From Dehalococcoidia bacterium (GTDB lineage Bacteria > Chloroflexota > Dehalococcoidia > Bin125), in assembly GCA_963663895.2 (NCBI GenBank), contig CAXXRD010000002.1:640001-704000 (forward strand): a stretch of 64,000 bases of DNA. Reading direction: 5' to 3'. The notes under the pieces were generated by a model, which was given only the letters and a program-made list of their open reading frames with translations, was not told where the DNA came from and made no database searches. Position numbers and translations under genes: made by a program. Each line of letters opens with the position of its first letter. The first letter of the stretch is position 1. Shown piece by piece: positions 1 to 9,721 of the stretch.

Positions 1-977
1 GGCAGACTGGAGCCTGCGGCGGCGGGCAAGCGGACAGCGGAGAAGCCCAGCCGCTTGCGATGGCCGGCGGACCGCCAGAAGCCGCTCATCCCGGGCGGGA
101 GGTTCCAGGTGGGGCCCACCTCTTGCCGGGGGGCGCGCCAGCGCCCAACGAGAAAGGGGTAGATGAGGATCATGCCCGCCACGAAGCCGCCGAGGTGCGC
201 CCACCAAGCCGTGCCGCCGCTCCCGACGGATTCCGCCGCCAAGCTGCCGACGCCGCTGAACAGGTTCAGCGCGAACCAGATCCCGATCATGAGCGGGGCG
301 GGGACCACGGCGGGGACGAGCAGGATGATGGGGAGAAAGACGCGCACCAGGGCGCGCGGAAAGAGCAACAGGTAGGCGCCGAGGACGGCGGAGATGGCTC
401 CGCTGGCGCCGACCATCGGCACGAGGTCGCCGGAGTCGATCCAGATGTGAGCGGCGGCGGCGGCGTATCCGCCGACGAAGTAGAAGACGGCGAATCGCCA
501 GCTCCCCAAGCGATCCTCGACGCTCGTGCCGAACACCCAGAGGAAAAGCATGTTGCCGATGACGTGGAGCCAACCGGCGTGCAGGAACATGGCGGTGAGC
601 GGCGTGAGGAGCAGCAGGACGCCGTCGAGGAGATCGATCCCGCCGCTGCTGCGGGCGCCCGTGAATCGATTGAAGCGGAACGCTTCAACCCCGTCGTGGG
701 AGATGTTGTCGCCGTTGAGATAGCCGACGATGAACTCTGGAACCGCGCCGTAGCGCAGGGTGAAGTCGTCGAGTGGAGACGACGGATAGGCGATAGCGTC
801 TTCGCGGCTTTGGAGAGCCGGGCTGGCCGCCAAGTCGCTGTCGATGATCAGCACCGCCGAAGTGCCGCTCTGATTGAGGGTGAGCATGTAGAGGAAGATG
901 AGGGCGTTCATCACCAGCAACACGCGCGTGACGTAGGGAGTGGATGAGCGCTGCCGGCTGTCGCCAATGGGAATCAT
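1..977 (-). CDS. Rhomboid-family intramembrane serine protease (3' end beyond window)
   Basis: Own translation from ATG 977: MIPIGD..., AMFLHAGWLHVIGNMLFLWVFG, GASGAISAVLG (catalytic Ser), AWWAHLGGFVAG (catalytic His); no stop before the window edge. Confidence 0.9.
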   Translation of the reverse strand, partial: MIPIGDSRQRSSTPYVTRVLLVMNALIFLYMLTLNQSGTSAVLIIDSDLAASPALQSREDAIAYPSSPLDDFTLRYGAVPEFIVGYLNGDNISHDGVEAFRFNRFTGARSSGGIDLLDGVLLLLTPLTAMFLHAGWLHVIGNMLFLWVFGTSVEDRLGSWRFAVFYFVGGYAAAAAHIWIDSGDLVPMVGASGAISAVLGAYLLLFPRALVRVFLPIILLVPAVVPAPLMIGIWFALNLFSGVGSLAAESVGSGGTAWWAHLGGFVAGMILIYPFLVGRWRAPRQEVGPTWNLPPGMSGFWRSAGHRKRLGFSAVRLPAAAGSSL

Positions 978-1231
978 GTCGCGGGCATCGTATAGCCCCT
1001 ACGGCGATGAGGAGCGGAGCGGGTGCGGAAAGTACCTGTAGGGCAAGGAAGAAACGCGGGTAAGGAAATGTCACGAGCAGCGCTGACAGCCGTAAACCAA
1101 GCGTAAATTCAAGCCGCGATCCGCGCTGGAATCAGTCAAGCAAACACGGATTGGGTTGACGGTTCCGAAAAAGCGTCGTGAGGATGTGCAATAATTCACA
1201 AGTGGCGGCGGCCACGGAGGCCTTGATACCC

Positions 1232-1447
1232 ATGCCTGTACAGACACGAATGCGAATGCAATGTCCGCGCTGCGGCGGCTCGATGCTGGCCGAGTCGGAC
1301 AACCACGGCAACTTCGGTACCTGTATCTCCTGCGGATACGTTTACGAGAGCCACGTGATCTCGGTCTTGGAGCTTGAGGAAGAGCAGGCGGTCGAGGCAG
1401 GCCGCCAGCGCCGCCGCCAGCCCTCGCACGGCAAGCTCCGACTCTAG
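1232..1447 (+). CDS. Small Zn-ribbon protein
   Basis: CPRC...CISC pairs, GGAGG upstream of ATG 1232, basic C-terminus. Confidence 0.7.
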   Translation: MPVQTRMRMQCPRCGGSMLAESDNHGNFGTCISCGYVYESHVISVLELEEEQAVEAGRQRRRQPSHGKLRL

Positions 1448-1922
1448 CCCAACTTCCCGCCCTTTCCGGCTCGGCCCCTCGTGAGGCCCGAGTTGCCCAT
1501 TGCCCCTTCCCATCGGTGGTTGACCCTGGTCCCCGGTCCATCGTGTCCGCACGTTGTCCCACACGGCGCGCGACCCGCTCCCTCGTCCAACTCCTCAAGA
1601 CATATGCGTGCGAGCGGGAACCTCGCGTGCCTCAGACGCTACGCGATGGCTGCCAAGGAGGGCACTTCGTGACCGCTGGCCGCCGCCGCGAGATCGCAGG
1701 TGATTGTCCCAGGCCGCGAAGCATGCCTAGAGTAGCCCCCTTTTCAGTGATCACGGAGCCGCGGCCGGAAAGCGGGTACGCGCGGCGCGCGAGGCAGGCA
1801 GGAGGAACGCGGTGGAGACACACGGCACTCGGCACCACGCGGATGTCGTCCGCCATGCGATCCGGCGCCGGATCATGGGCGCGGAGCCGCGGGTGCGGCG
1901 GCGCATAGGTTAGCCGGCTCCC

Positions 1923-2186
1923 TTGTCCGAGCAGCAACAGCCCTGGGCATTCGAATTCGATCCGCCGATCGAGCGGGCGCCGGCAGAACTGGCGCAAGAG
2001 CGGTTCCAGCGGCTCGAGCGGCTGGTGTGCCTGCGCGACGTGCACGACGACGAGCTGAACGAAGAGGGACGACGGCTCCTGCAACGCGCGATCTTCACGA
2101 CCTACCTAGACTGTCGCGAACTCGGGATGGTGGAGATCGTGGATGCGATCGTCCGCCCGCCGAAGTCGGCGCCCCGCCACCTCTGA
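1923..2186 (+). CDS. Small hypothetical helical protein (87 aa)
   Basis: Protein-like composition, TTG start; no recognised motif. Confidence 0.55.
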   Translation: MSEQQQPWAFEFDPPIERAPAELAQERFQRLERLVCLRDVHDDELNEEGRRLLQRAIFTTYLDCRELGMVEIVDAIVRPPKSAPRHL

Positions 2187-2241
2187 AACTCCAGCGCGGA
2201 GGGCCGATCACGGGACCGTCTTCAAGCGCCCCCCTGCGCTC

Positions 2242-2934
2242 CTAACCCGTCCGCCCTGCGCCGGTTCGTTCGAGCGCCGGCGGCGTGAGATCCTGCCGGA
2301 GCTCCGCCCGCAACTCGGCGGCCAGGGCGCGCGCGAGCCCGCTTCGCACCTCGGCGAGGGGCGGCGCGACCCCAAGGTGCTCCGCCATGGAGGTGGCGAC
2401 GGCGCCCGGCTGCCCGCAAGGCTCGATCAGCCGCCATTGCTCCGGATCCGTCGCGACGTTGAGGGCAACCCCGTGCATCGTGACCCAGCGGGAGATGTGC
2501 ACGCCGACCGAGGCGATCTTGCCGCGATCCGTGAATACCCCGTGCTGAACGTCGCGGCCCGCGCCGATGCCGTACTTCCCAAGAAGCGCGATGACGGCCC
2601 CCTCAAGTCGCTCCACGTACCAGCGCAAGTCGGTACGGAAGCGCCGCAGATCCACGATCGGATAGGCGACGACTTGGCCGGGACCGTGATAGGTGACGTT
2701 GCCGCCCCGCTCCGTCTTGATGACCTCGATGCCGAGTTGGTCGAGGAGCTGCGGTGCGAGGATGCCGCGGCGATCCCCGCGCTGGCCCAACGTAATCACG
2801 GGGGCGTGTTCCACGAGGAGCAGCGTGTCCGCTTGGGCGCCGTCATGCACGGCGTCGCGGGTCGCACGCTGCAGGGCGAGCGCGTCACGGTAAGGGAGAC
2901 GGCCGAGATCGCGGAGGAGCAAGGAGCGCGCCAT
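2242..2934 (-). CDS. lipB: Octanoyltransferase LipB
   Basis: EHAPVITLG, RGGNVTYHGPGQ, KIASVG, HGVALN, PCG motifs. Confidence 0.93.
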   Translation of the reverse strand: MARSLLLRDLGRLPYRDALALQRATRDAVHDGAQADTLLLVEHAPVITLGQRGDRRGILAPQLLDQLGIEVIKTERGGNVTYHGPGQVVAYPIVDLRRFRTDLRWYVERLEGAVIALLGKYGIGAGRDVQHGVFTDRGKIASVGVHISRWVTMHGVALNVATDPEQWRLIEPCGQPGAVATSMAEHLGVAPPLAEVRSGLARALAAELRAELRQDLTPPALERTGAGRTG

Positions 2935-2956
2935 GATGAGACGAGGCAGAGCCCCC

Positions 2957-4357
2957 TTAGAAGTGGATGGGGCGCCCATGCGCGGCGAGCGCGGCCTCGC
3001 CCAGCGCTTCGGCCAGCGTCGGATGGGCGTGCACGGCGTGGAAGAGGGATTCCGCCGTCGCCTCCAGGCTGAGGGCTGCGGAGGCCTCGGCGATCAACTC
3101 CGTAGCATGCGGACCAATGATGTGCACGCCAACGATTTCGTCGTACTGCTTGTCCGTCACCACCTTCACGAAGCCAAGCGTGTCATTGAGAATCTTGGCC
3201 TTACCCACCGCTTGGAAAGGAAAAACGCCCACGGAGACATCCTGGCCACGCTCACGAGCGGCCTCCTCGGAAAGCCCGATCGAAGCCACTTCCGGATGGG
3301 AGTAGGTGCACGAGGGGATCTTGTCGTAGTTGATGGGTTCGGGGCTGCCGCCGGCGGCGTGCTCGGCGGCGACGATCCCTTCATGGGACGCCACGTGCGC
3401 AAGCATCGGACCCGGCACGATGTCGCCGATGGCGTAGAGGCCCGGCTCGGCAGTTTGCATGCCCGCATCGACCTGAACAACGCCCCTCTCCGCGACGGCC
3501 GCGACGGTTTCGAGCCCGAGATCGTTCGTGTTGGGCGCGCGGCCGACGGCGACGAGCAGGACCTCGGCGCTGAGGTCGAGCGATTCGCCGGCCGCGTTGG
3601 TCGCGGCGATGCGGACACCGTCGGCAGCGACGGCGACGCGCTCAACCTTGGTGCTAACGTGCACATCGATCTTTCGCTGCTGGAAGGCCCGCTGAAGCTC
3701 GGCGCCGAGGTCGGGGTCCTCAAGCGGAAGGAGGCGCGGCAGCAGCTCCACGATGGTGACGGTCGAACCATACGACGCGTAGATGGAGGCGAATTCCACA
3801 CCTACCGCGCCGGCACCCAACACCACGATGGAAGCGGGGACCCGCGGCATCTTGGTCGCGTCGTCCGAGTTGATGATCGTCTCGCCATCGAACTCAATGC
3901 CGGGCAGGGCGCGGACCCGGGAGCCCGTCGCGAGGACGATGGCGCGGCTCTCGATCGTTGCAGTGACGCCGTCCGCAGCGGTGACGTCGATGCGGCCAGG
4001 CCCGGCCAGCCGGCCGCGGCCGTCGATCGCCGTGATCTGGTTCTTCTTGAACAGATACTGAATCCCCCTCGCGTTCGAGCGGACGACCTTGTCCTTGTAG
4101 GCATTGAGGGCAGAGAGATCGAGCTGAGCGTCTGGGATCCTGACGCCGAAGCTGGATGCGGCCCGTGCGCCATCCAGTACCTCCGCAGCCTGCAGCAAGG
4201 CCTTGGTGGGAATGCAGCCGACGTGCAAGCAGGTGCCGCCCGGCAGCGGATCCTTTTCGATCACGGCCGTCTTCAGCCCCAATTGGGCGGCGCGGATGGC
4301 GGCAACATAGCCGCCCGGGCCGCTGCCGATGACCGTGAAGTCGAAGAGGTCCGCCAC
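2957..4357 (-). CDS. lpdA: Dihydrolipoyl dehydrogenase (E3)
   Basis: GSGPGGY, GGTCLHVGCIPTK disulfide motif, HAHPTLAE; GTG start at 4357 inferred. Confidence 0.95.
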   Translation of the reverse strand: MADLFDFTVIGSGPGGYVAAIRAAQLGLKTAVIEKDPLPGGTCLHVGCIPTKALLQAAEVLDGARAASSFGVRIPDAQLDLSALNAYKDKVVRSNARGIQYLFKKNQITAIDGRGRLAGPGRIDVTAADGVTATIESRAIVLATGSRVRALPGIEFDGETIINSDDATKMPRVPASIVVLGAGAVGVEFASIYASYGSTVTIVELLPRLLPLEDPDLGAELQRAFQQRKIDVHVSTKVERVAVAADGVRIAATNAAGESLDLSAEVLLVAVGRAPNTNDLGLETVAAVAERGVVQVDAGMQTAEPGLYAIGDIVPGPMLAHVASHEGIVAAEHAAGGSPEPINYDKIPSCTYSHPEVASIGLSEEAARERGQDVSVGVFPFQAVGKAKILNDTLGFVKVVTDKQYDEIVGVHIIGPHATELIAEASAALSLEATAESLFHAVHAHPTLAEALGEAALAAHGRPIHF

Positions 4358-4371
4358 GGCTCGATCGCCCG

Positions 4372-5595
4372 CTAATCGCCGAGCAGAAGCGCGGGATGCT
4401 CCAGGTACCGCCGAAAGGCCTGAAGATATTGCGCGCCCGGGGCGCCGTCCAAGATTCGATGGTCGATCGTAAGACTGGCGGTCATGAACGCGCGCCGCTC
4501 GATTTGCGTCCCGCTCTCTCCCACCAAGACCGGACGATCGGCCACTTGGCCGATGCCGAGAATCGCAGCCTGCGGGGGATTGACGATCGGGGTGAAGGCG
4601 TCGATACCGAACATGCCCAGCGCGGTGACCGTGAAGGTGCCGCCGGTAAGATCGTCGGGGGTGAGGCCGCCGTCGCGCGCCTTCGCGGAGAGCTCGGCCG
4701 CCTCCACGGCGATGCGGCGCAAGGACTTGGCATCCGCGTTGCGGATTACCGGAACGATGAGGCCTTCCTCCAGCGCGACCGCGATCCCGATGTGAACCTC
4801 GGGCTGAACCCGCACCGTATCGCCGTCGAGAGTAACGTTCACGCGCGGCAGGTCGCGCAAGGCGAGCGCGGCGGCCCGGAGGGCCAGCGGTGTGTACGTG
4901 AGCCGCACCCCCTCGCTCTCCCATGCCTCGACCAGGTCCGCGCGAAGAGCAGCGGCGTGCGTCATGTCGACACCCATGGTGAGCGTGAGCTGCGCCATGG
5001 ACTGCAGCGACTCGTGCATGCGCTGACCGACCGTGCGACGCATCCCTTTGTAGGGGATGGCCCCCTCGAGCGGTGGACGTGCCGCGGCGGGCGCGGGCGC
5101 GGGTGGGGACGCGGCCGCGGCGGTGATCGCTTTCTGCACATCCTCGACGACAACCCGCCCCCCGGGCCCACTGCCGGGCACGGTGGCGATATCTAGGTCA
5201 TGCTCGGCGGCGAGTTTCTTGGCGGCGGGCGATGCTTTGACCCGCCCGCCGGCAGCGCGTGGCGTGGCCGCCGCTTCCGGCTTTGCCGAGGCAGGCGCGG
5301 CCGCCGGCGGGGGCGCCGCGGCGCTGGGTGCCGCGCCCGCGTCCGCTGGCAACTCCTCGCCCGCCGCGAGAATGTAGGCGGCGACGCCGCCGGCAGCGAT
5401 CGTCGCCTCGACGGGGGCAACGATGCGGATCGTGCCGGCGGCCTCCGCCTGGACCTCGTAGGTGACTTTCTCGGTCTCGAAGCTGTAGAGGAGCGTGCCC
5501 TCCGCGACGGTATCGCCATCGCCGACGAACCACTCGGTAATCGTTCCCTCGGTCATGGTCATGCCCTGCTTGGGCAGGACGACAGTCGTAGCCAC
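4372..5595 (-). CDS. Dihydrolipoamide acyltransferase (E2, AcoC-like)
   Basis: Lipoyl domain ETEKV, E3-binding GSGPGGRV, catalytic DHRILDG. Confidence 0.92.
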   Translation of the reverse strand: MATTVVLPKQGMTMTEGTITEWFVGDGDTVAEGTLLYSFETEKVTYEVQAEAAGTIRIVAPVEATIAAGGVAAYILAAGEELPADAGAAPSAAAPPPAAAPASAKPEAAATPRAAGGRVKASPAAKKLAAEHDLDIATVPGSGPGGRVVVEDVQKAITAAAASPPAPAPAAARPPLEGAIPYKGMRRTVGQRMHESLQSMAQLTLTMGVDMTHAAALRADLVEAWESEGVRLTYTPLALRAAALALRDLPRVNVTLDGDTVRVQPEVHIGIAVALEEGLIVPVIRNADAKSLRRIAVEAAELSAKARDGGLTPDDLTGGTFTVTALGMFGIDAFTPIVNPPQAAILGIGQVADRPVLVGESGTQIERRAFMTASLTIDHRILDGAPGAQYLQAFRRYLEHPALLLGD

Positions 5596-5618
5596 GTTTC
5601 CCCCTTTTCGCGCGCCCC

Positions 5619-6626
5619 TCAGCCGCTCTGAACGGCAGCGGCGATCTCTGAACGCAAAAATCCAACCTCCTGCGCTGCGGTCAGGCAGCGGTGCGCATCC
5701 ACGACGGGCGGACCGAGCCGCGTAACGTAGAGCGATGCCTCTTCACCGTCGCGGATGGTGAACTCGCGCTCGCCGTCGAGGGCGAAGAGGGCGGGTCCCG
5801 CGACAGCGACCCGCGCCCCAAATTCTAGTCGCCGGACGGCGGCAATGGGGACGGGGCGGAAGAGGCCTGGAGCGATGGGGGCCGTCACGCAGGAGCCGCC
5901 TTGGCCGAGGGTGAGGTGCAGACCCCAGTCGTCTTCCGGACTGACGGGTCCGACGAACCCGCCCAGAGAGGCCATACCGACGGCGTCGGGGACGGCGCGC
6001 GTCAGGACGACCTCGCGCACGCGGTCGATCTGCCAGATGGCGCGGCTGGCCACGAAGCCGTCGGTCATGACGACGGCGTCGATCAGCGCGACATCGCGGC
6101 CGATGCCGTCGACCGCCAGCTCAATCCACTTGCATCGCGGCGCGACCACGGCGGGATCGGCCGCCCCGGCGGCGATCGCGCCGGCGGCGAGCCCCGCGAC
6201 CGTCCCCTCGATCATCGTGGGGAACACGTTGTTCGTGCCGGTCGAGAGGGCCACGAGGGGCACGTTGCGAGCGCCCTTGGCGATGGCGCGATTCGTGCCG
6301 TCGCCGCCGAGAGAGAGGATCGCGACCGCGCCGGCGGCTTCGATCGCCGTGGCCGCGCGGACGGTGTCGAGCGCGTCCGCGCGCAGCGTGTCCGCAACCG
6401 GTTCGAGCACGAAAGGCAGGTCGAGCTCGGCGGCGGCTTTGGTGCAGATATGGAACGTATCGGGCATGTAGAGCACCCGCTCGACGCCGGCGGCGGCGAG
6501 GCCGACCATGGCGCGCCGGACGATGCTGACCTTCTCGTAGTTATTGAAGACCGAAGCATGCGCGACGAGACGCCGGATGTCCTTTCCGGAGGCCGGATTG
6601 GCGATGATGCCGACGGTACCCGGCAC
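5619..6626 (-). CDS. acoX: AcoX-like NAD-kinase-family protein
   Basis: GIIANPASGKDIRRLVA, GGDGT, STGTNNVFP, DGERE; located in an aco-type operon. Confidence 0.85.
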   Translation of the reverse strand: MPGTVGIIANPASGKDIRRLVAHASVFNNYEKVSIVRRAMVGLAAAGVERVLYMPDTFHICTKAAAELDLPFVLEPVADTLRADALDTVRAATAIEAAGAVAILSLGGDGTNRAIAKGARNVPLVALSTGTNNVFPTMIEGTVAGLAAGAIAAGAADPAVVAPRCKWIELAVDGIGRDVALIDAVVMTDGFVASRAIWQIDRVREVVLTRAVPDAVGMASLGGFVGPVSPEDDWGLHLTLGQGGSCVTAPIAPGLFRPVPIAAVRRLEFGARVAVAGPALFALDGEREFTIRDGEEASLYVTRLGPPVVDAHRCLTAAQEVGFLRSEIAAAVQSG

Positions 6627-6639
6627 AGTCAGCGACCGG

Positions 6640-7629
6640 TTAGGCGGAGGGCGCCGTCGGGATGAGCGACTCGATCGCGGAGACGATCTCGGCCTGGCCG
6701 GGCAGCCACGCCTTCTCCAGGGTGGGATTGAAGGGAACGGGGCTGAAGGGAGCGCCCACGCGCTTGACCGGCGCGTCGAGGTAGTCGAAGGCTTCTTCCG
6801 CGATCTGCGCCGCGACCTCGGCACCGAAGCCGCAGAAGGTCACCGCCTCGTGGGCGATCACGACGCGGCTGGTCTTCTTGACCGAGGCAAGGATCGTCGC
6901 GCTGTCAAGCGGCGAGAGCGTGCGGGGGTCCACCACTTCGACGCTGATGCCGCGCTCCGCCAACTCGGCGGCGGCGGCGAGGGCGTCTTGCACCATCGAA
7001 CTCAGGGCGACGACGGTCACGTCGTCGCCTGCGCGCTTCACGTCGGCCTGGCCGATCGGGACCTCGTAGAGCTCTTCGGGAACCTCGCCGCGCATGCCGA
7101 TGCCGAGCTTGTTCGTGATGTAGACAACGGGGTTATCGTCGCGGAGCGCGGCGACCATGAGCCCCTTGGCGTCATAGGGAGTGGACGGCGTGACGACCTT
7201 CAAGCCGGGGATGTGGCAGAACCACGCCTCCAGCGTCTGGCTGTGCTGCGCGCCCATGCTGCGGCCACCGCCCTGGTGGGTGAGGAGCACGATCGGCAGC
7301 TTCGCCTTGCCGCCGAACATGTACTTCATCTTGGCCATCTGATTGACGATCTGGTCCATGGCGACGGTCGCGAAATCGATGAGCTGGATCTCGACCACGG
7401 GGCGCATGCCGACCGCCGCCGCGCCGACGGCGAGACCGACAAGGGCCGTCTCCGAGATCGGGGCGTCGCGCACGCGCTCGGGGCCGAGCCGCTCGAGCAG
7501 GCCCTCGTTGGTCATGAACGTGCCGCCGGGCTCAATGTCGATCCCGACGATGAACGACTCGGGCTGACGCTCCATCTCGTCGCGGAGCGCTTGTGCGATC
7601 GCCTTGCGGTACTTGACCCCCGCGACCAC
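6640..7629 (-). CDS. ThDP-dependent dehydrogenase E1 beta subunit, copy 2
   Basis: DAPISE, DQIVNQMAK, QHSQ, VVDPRTLSPLD. Confidence 0.92.
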   Translation of the reverse strand: MVAGVKYRKAIAQALRDEMERQPESFIVGIDIEPGGTFMTNEGLLERLGPERVRDAPISETALVGLAVGAAAVGMRPVVEIQLIDFATVAMDQIVNQMAKMKYMFGGKAKLPIVLLTHQGGGRSMGAQHSQTLEAWFCHIPGLKVVTPSTPYDAKGLMVAALRDDNPVVYITNKLGIGMRGEVPEELYEVPIGQADVKRAGDDVTVVALSSMVQDALAAAAELAERGISVEVVDPRTLSPLDSATILASVKKTSRVVIAHEAVTFCGFGAEVAAQIAEEAFDYLDAPVKRVGAPFSPVPFNPTLEKAWLPGQAEIVSAIESLIPTAPSA

Positions 7630-7668
7630 GGCTAGCTCACCGCCGGTTCACGAAGCGAAGCGCGCCCA

Positions 7669-8670
7669 TTAGGCAGGCGCGCCGACGGGGACGATCTCTT
7701 CAATGGCGGCAACGATGTCTCCCTTTCCTTTAATCCAGGCCGCCTCCAGGGTGGGGGCGAAGGGAACGGGACTGAACGGCGCTCCGATCCGCTTGATCGG
7801 CGCGTCCAGGTAGTCGAAGGCTTCATCCGCGATCTGCGCCGCGAGCTCCGCGCCGTACCCGCAGAACCGCACCGCCTCTTGGGCCACCACGGCGCGGCCG
7901 GTCTTGCGGACGGAGTTGATGATCGTCTCGCTATCGAGGGGAGAGAGGGTGCGGGGATCGACGACCTCGACGCTCACGCCCCGCCCGGCGAGCTCGTCCG
8001 CGGCCTTGAGCGCCTCCTGTACCAGGCGTCCGGTCGCGACGACGCTGACGTCCGTCCCTTCGCGCTTCACCGCCGCTTTGCCCAGCGGCACGCGGTAGGG
8101 CTCGTCGGGCACGTCCCCGCGCAGGCCGAGCAGCCGCTTGTTCGTGATGAAGATGACGGGGTTGTCGTCCCAGATCGCGGAGGCCATGAGCCCGCCGGCG
8201 TCGTAGGGGTCGGAGGGCATCACGACCTTGAGGCCCGGAATGTGCGCGAACCAGGCCTCAAGGCTCTGACTGTGCTGCCCGGCTTGGCCGGTGCCGGCGC
8301 CTTGGTGGGTAATAATGACAAGCGGCAGCTTCGCCTTGCCGCCGAACATGTACTTCATCTTGGCCATCTGATTGACGATCTGGTCCATGCAGCAGGCCAT
8401 GAAGTCGATGAACATGATCTCGACGATCGGGCGCATGCCGGCAACGGCGGCGCCGACGGCGAGTCCCGCCATGGCGGTCTCCGAAAGCGGCGTGTTGCGG
8501 ACGCGCTCCGGCCCGAAGCGCTCGCGCAGGCCTCGCGCCGTCGACCAAAGGGCGCCCATCTCGATGTCCTGCCCGGCCACGAAGATCTCCGGGTCCGCGT
8601 CCATGGCATGGGACTGCGCCTCCGCGATCGCCGCCCAGAACTTCTTGCCTTTTCTCTTTTGGTCCGCCAT
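7669..8670 (-). CDS. ThDP-dependent dehydrogenase E1 beta subunit, copy 1
   Basis: NTPLSE, EIMFIDF, QHSQ, VVDPRTLSPLD. Confidence 0.92.
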   Translation of the reverse strand: MADQKRKGKKFWAAIAEAQSHAMDADPEIFVAGQDIEMGALWSTARGLRERFGPERVRNTPLSETAMAGLAVGAAVAGMRPIVEIMFIDFMACCMDQIVNQMAKMKYMFGGKAKLPLVIITHQGAGTGQAGQHSQSLEAWFAHIPGLKVVMPSDPYDAGGLMASAIWDDNPVIFITNKRLLGLRGDVPDEPYRVPLGKAAVKREGTDVSVVATGRLVQEALKAADELAGRGVSVEVVDPRTLSPLDSETIINSVRKTGRAVVAQEAVRFCGYGAELAAQIADEAFDYLDAPIKRIGAPFSPVPFAPTLEAAWIKGKGDIVAAIEEIVPVGAPA

Positions 8671-9644
8671 TACGCCGTGACCTCCGTGTAGACATCTTCC
8701 AGCAAGGCGCTGACTTCCGGTTCGGGGCTCTCCTCCGCGAACTTGATGGCGGCTTCGACCTCATCGCGAACGGACTGCGTGATCGCGTCCGCGGAGGCGT
8801 CGCTGAGGACGCCGCGCTCGATGAGGATTGCGCGGAAGATGTCGATGGGGTCGCGCGACTTCCAATAGTTGACCTCTTCTTCCGGCCGGGGCACGACGCC
8901 GTAGTCGCGGCCCACGTGGTCGTAGTAGCGGTAGGTTTTCGTCTCGATAAAGCTGGGGCCATCGCCACGGCGCGCGCGGTCGACGGCCTCGGAGGCGGCC
9001 TCGAAGACGGCGAGGACGTCCTGGCCGTCCACGGCGACGCCGGGCATGCCGTAGCCTTGGGCGATGTCGGAGACGTCGTCGATAGCGTGCTGCGAGCCAT
9101 AGGCCATGAACTCGCCGTAGAGGTTGTTCTCGCAGACGAAGATGACCGGCAGCTTCCAAGTGGCCGCGAGGTTCATCGCCTCGTGGACGGCGCCTTCGGA
9201 GGCAGCGCCGTCGCCGAAGAAGCAGACGGTGACTTGCCCGCGGGCGCGATGCTTGCAGGCGAAGCCCGCGCCGGCGGCGATGGGAGCCCCGGCCCCAAGA
9301 ATGCCGTTGGCGCCCAAGATGCCCAGGTCCAGGTCGGACATGTGCATCGAGCCACCCTTGCCGTGGCAGTAGCCCGTCGATTTCGCATAGAGCTCGGCGA
9401 ACATCTTCCGCATGTCGCCGCCCTTGGCGAGCAAGTGGCCATGGCCGCGGTGGGTGGAGGTGATGTAGTCGTCATCGTTCAGGGTGGCGCAGACGCCGAC
9501 GCCGGACGCCTCCTCGCCCACGTACAGATGGACGCTGCCGACCACTTTGGCCTCTTCGGTCAGGTGACCCGCGCGCTCATCGAATTCACGGATCCGCGTC
9601 ATTCGCGTGAACATCTCGATCAGCTTGTCGTTCGAAAGATCCAT
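8670..9644 (-). CDS. ThDP-dependent dehydrogenase E1 alpha subunit (AcoA/PdhA-like)
   Basis: STHRGHGH, GKGGSMH, GDGA...ENN ThDP motif. Confidence 0.93.
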   Translation of the reverse strand: MDLSNDKLIEMFTRMTRIREFDERAGHLTEEAKVVGSVHLYVGEEASGVGVCATLNDDDYITSTHRGHGHLLAKGGDMRKMFAELYAKSTGYCHGKGGSMHMSDLDLGILGANGILGAGAPIAAGAGFACKHRARGQVTVCFFGDGAASEGAVHEAMNLAATWKLPVIFVCENNLYGEFMAYGSQHAIDDVSDIAQGYGMPGVAVDGQDVLAVFEAASEAVDRARRGDGPSFIETKTYRYYDHVGRDYGVVPRPEEEVNYWKSRDPIDIFRAILIERGVLSDASADAITQSVRDEVEAAIKFAEESPEPEVSALLEDVYTEVTA

Positions 9645-9721
9645 CCGCCGCCTCTCTCACGTACTTGAGCGCGTTCTTATGGGGAGGCGCCGTCCCCCGG
9701 CGCCCATTTCGCTGCGTCAGG

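Noticed and set aside
60-947. 295-aa plus-strand ORF in the track
   Set aside because: Antisense shadow of the rhomboid gene; the many other long overlapping ORFs in this GC-rich window were rejected for the same reason
1812-2186. GGAGG + GTG at 1812 in frame with the 1923 ORF across a single TAG (1911-1913): possible readthrough or leader peptide
   Set aside because: The 33-codon upstream part is Arg-rich and unremarkable, and no pyrrolysine machinery is visible; probably chance
4358-4924. N-terminal extension of the 655-aa lpdA ORF (likewise the extensions of acoX, NUDIX, apt, thrC, rplM)
   Set aside because: Overlap upstream genes in another frame; homology starts at the downstream start codons
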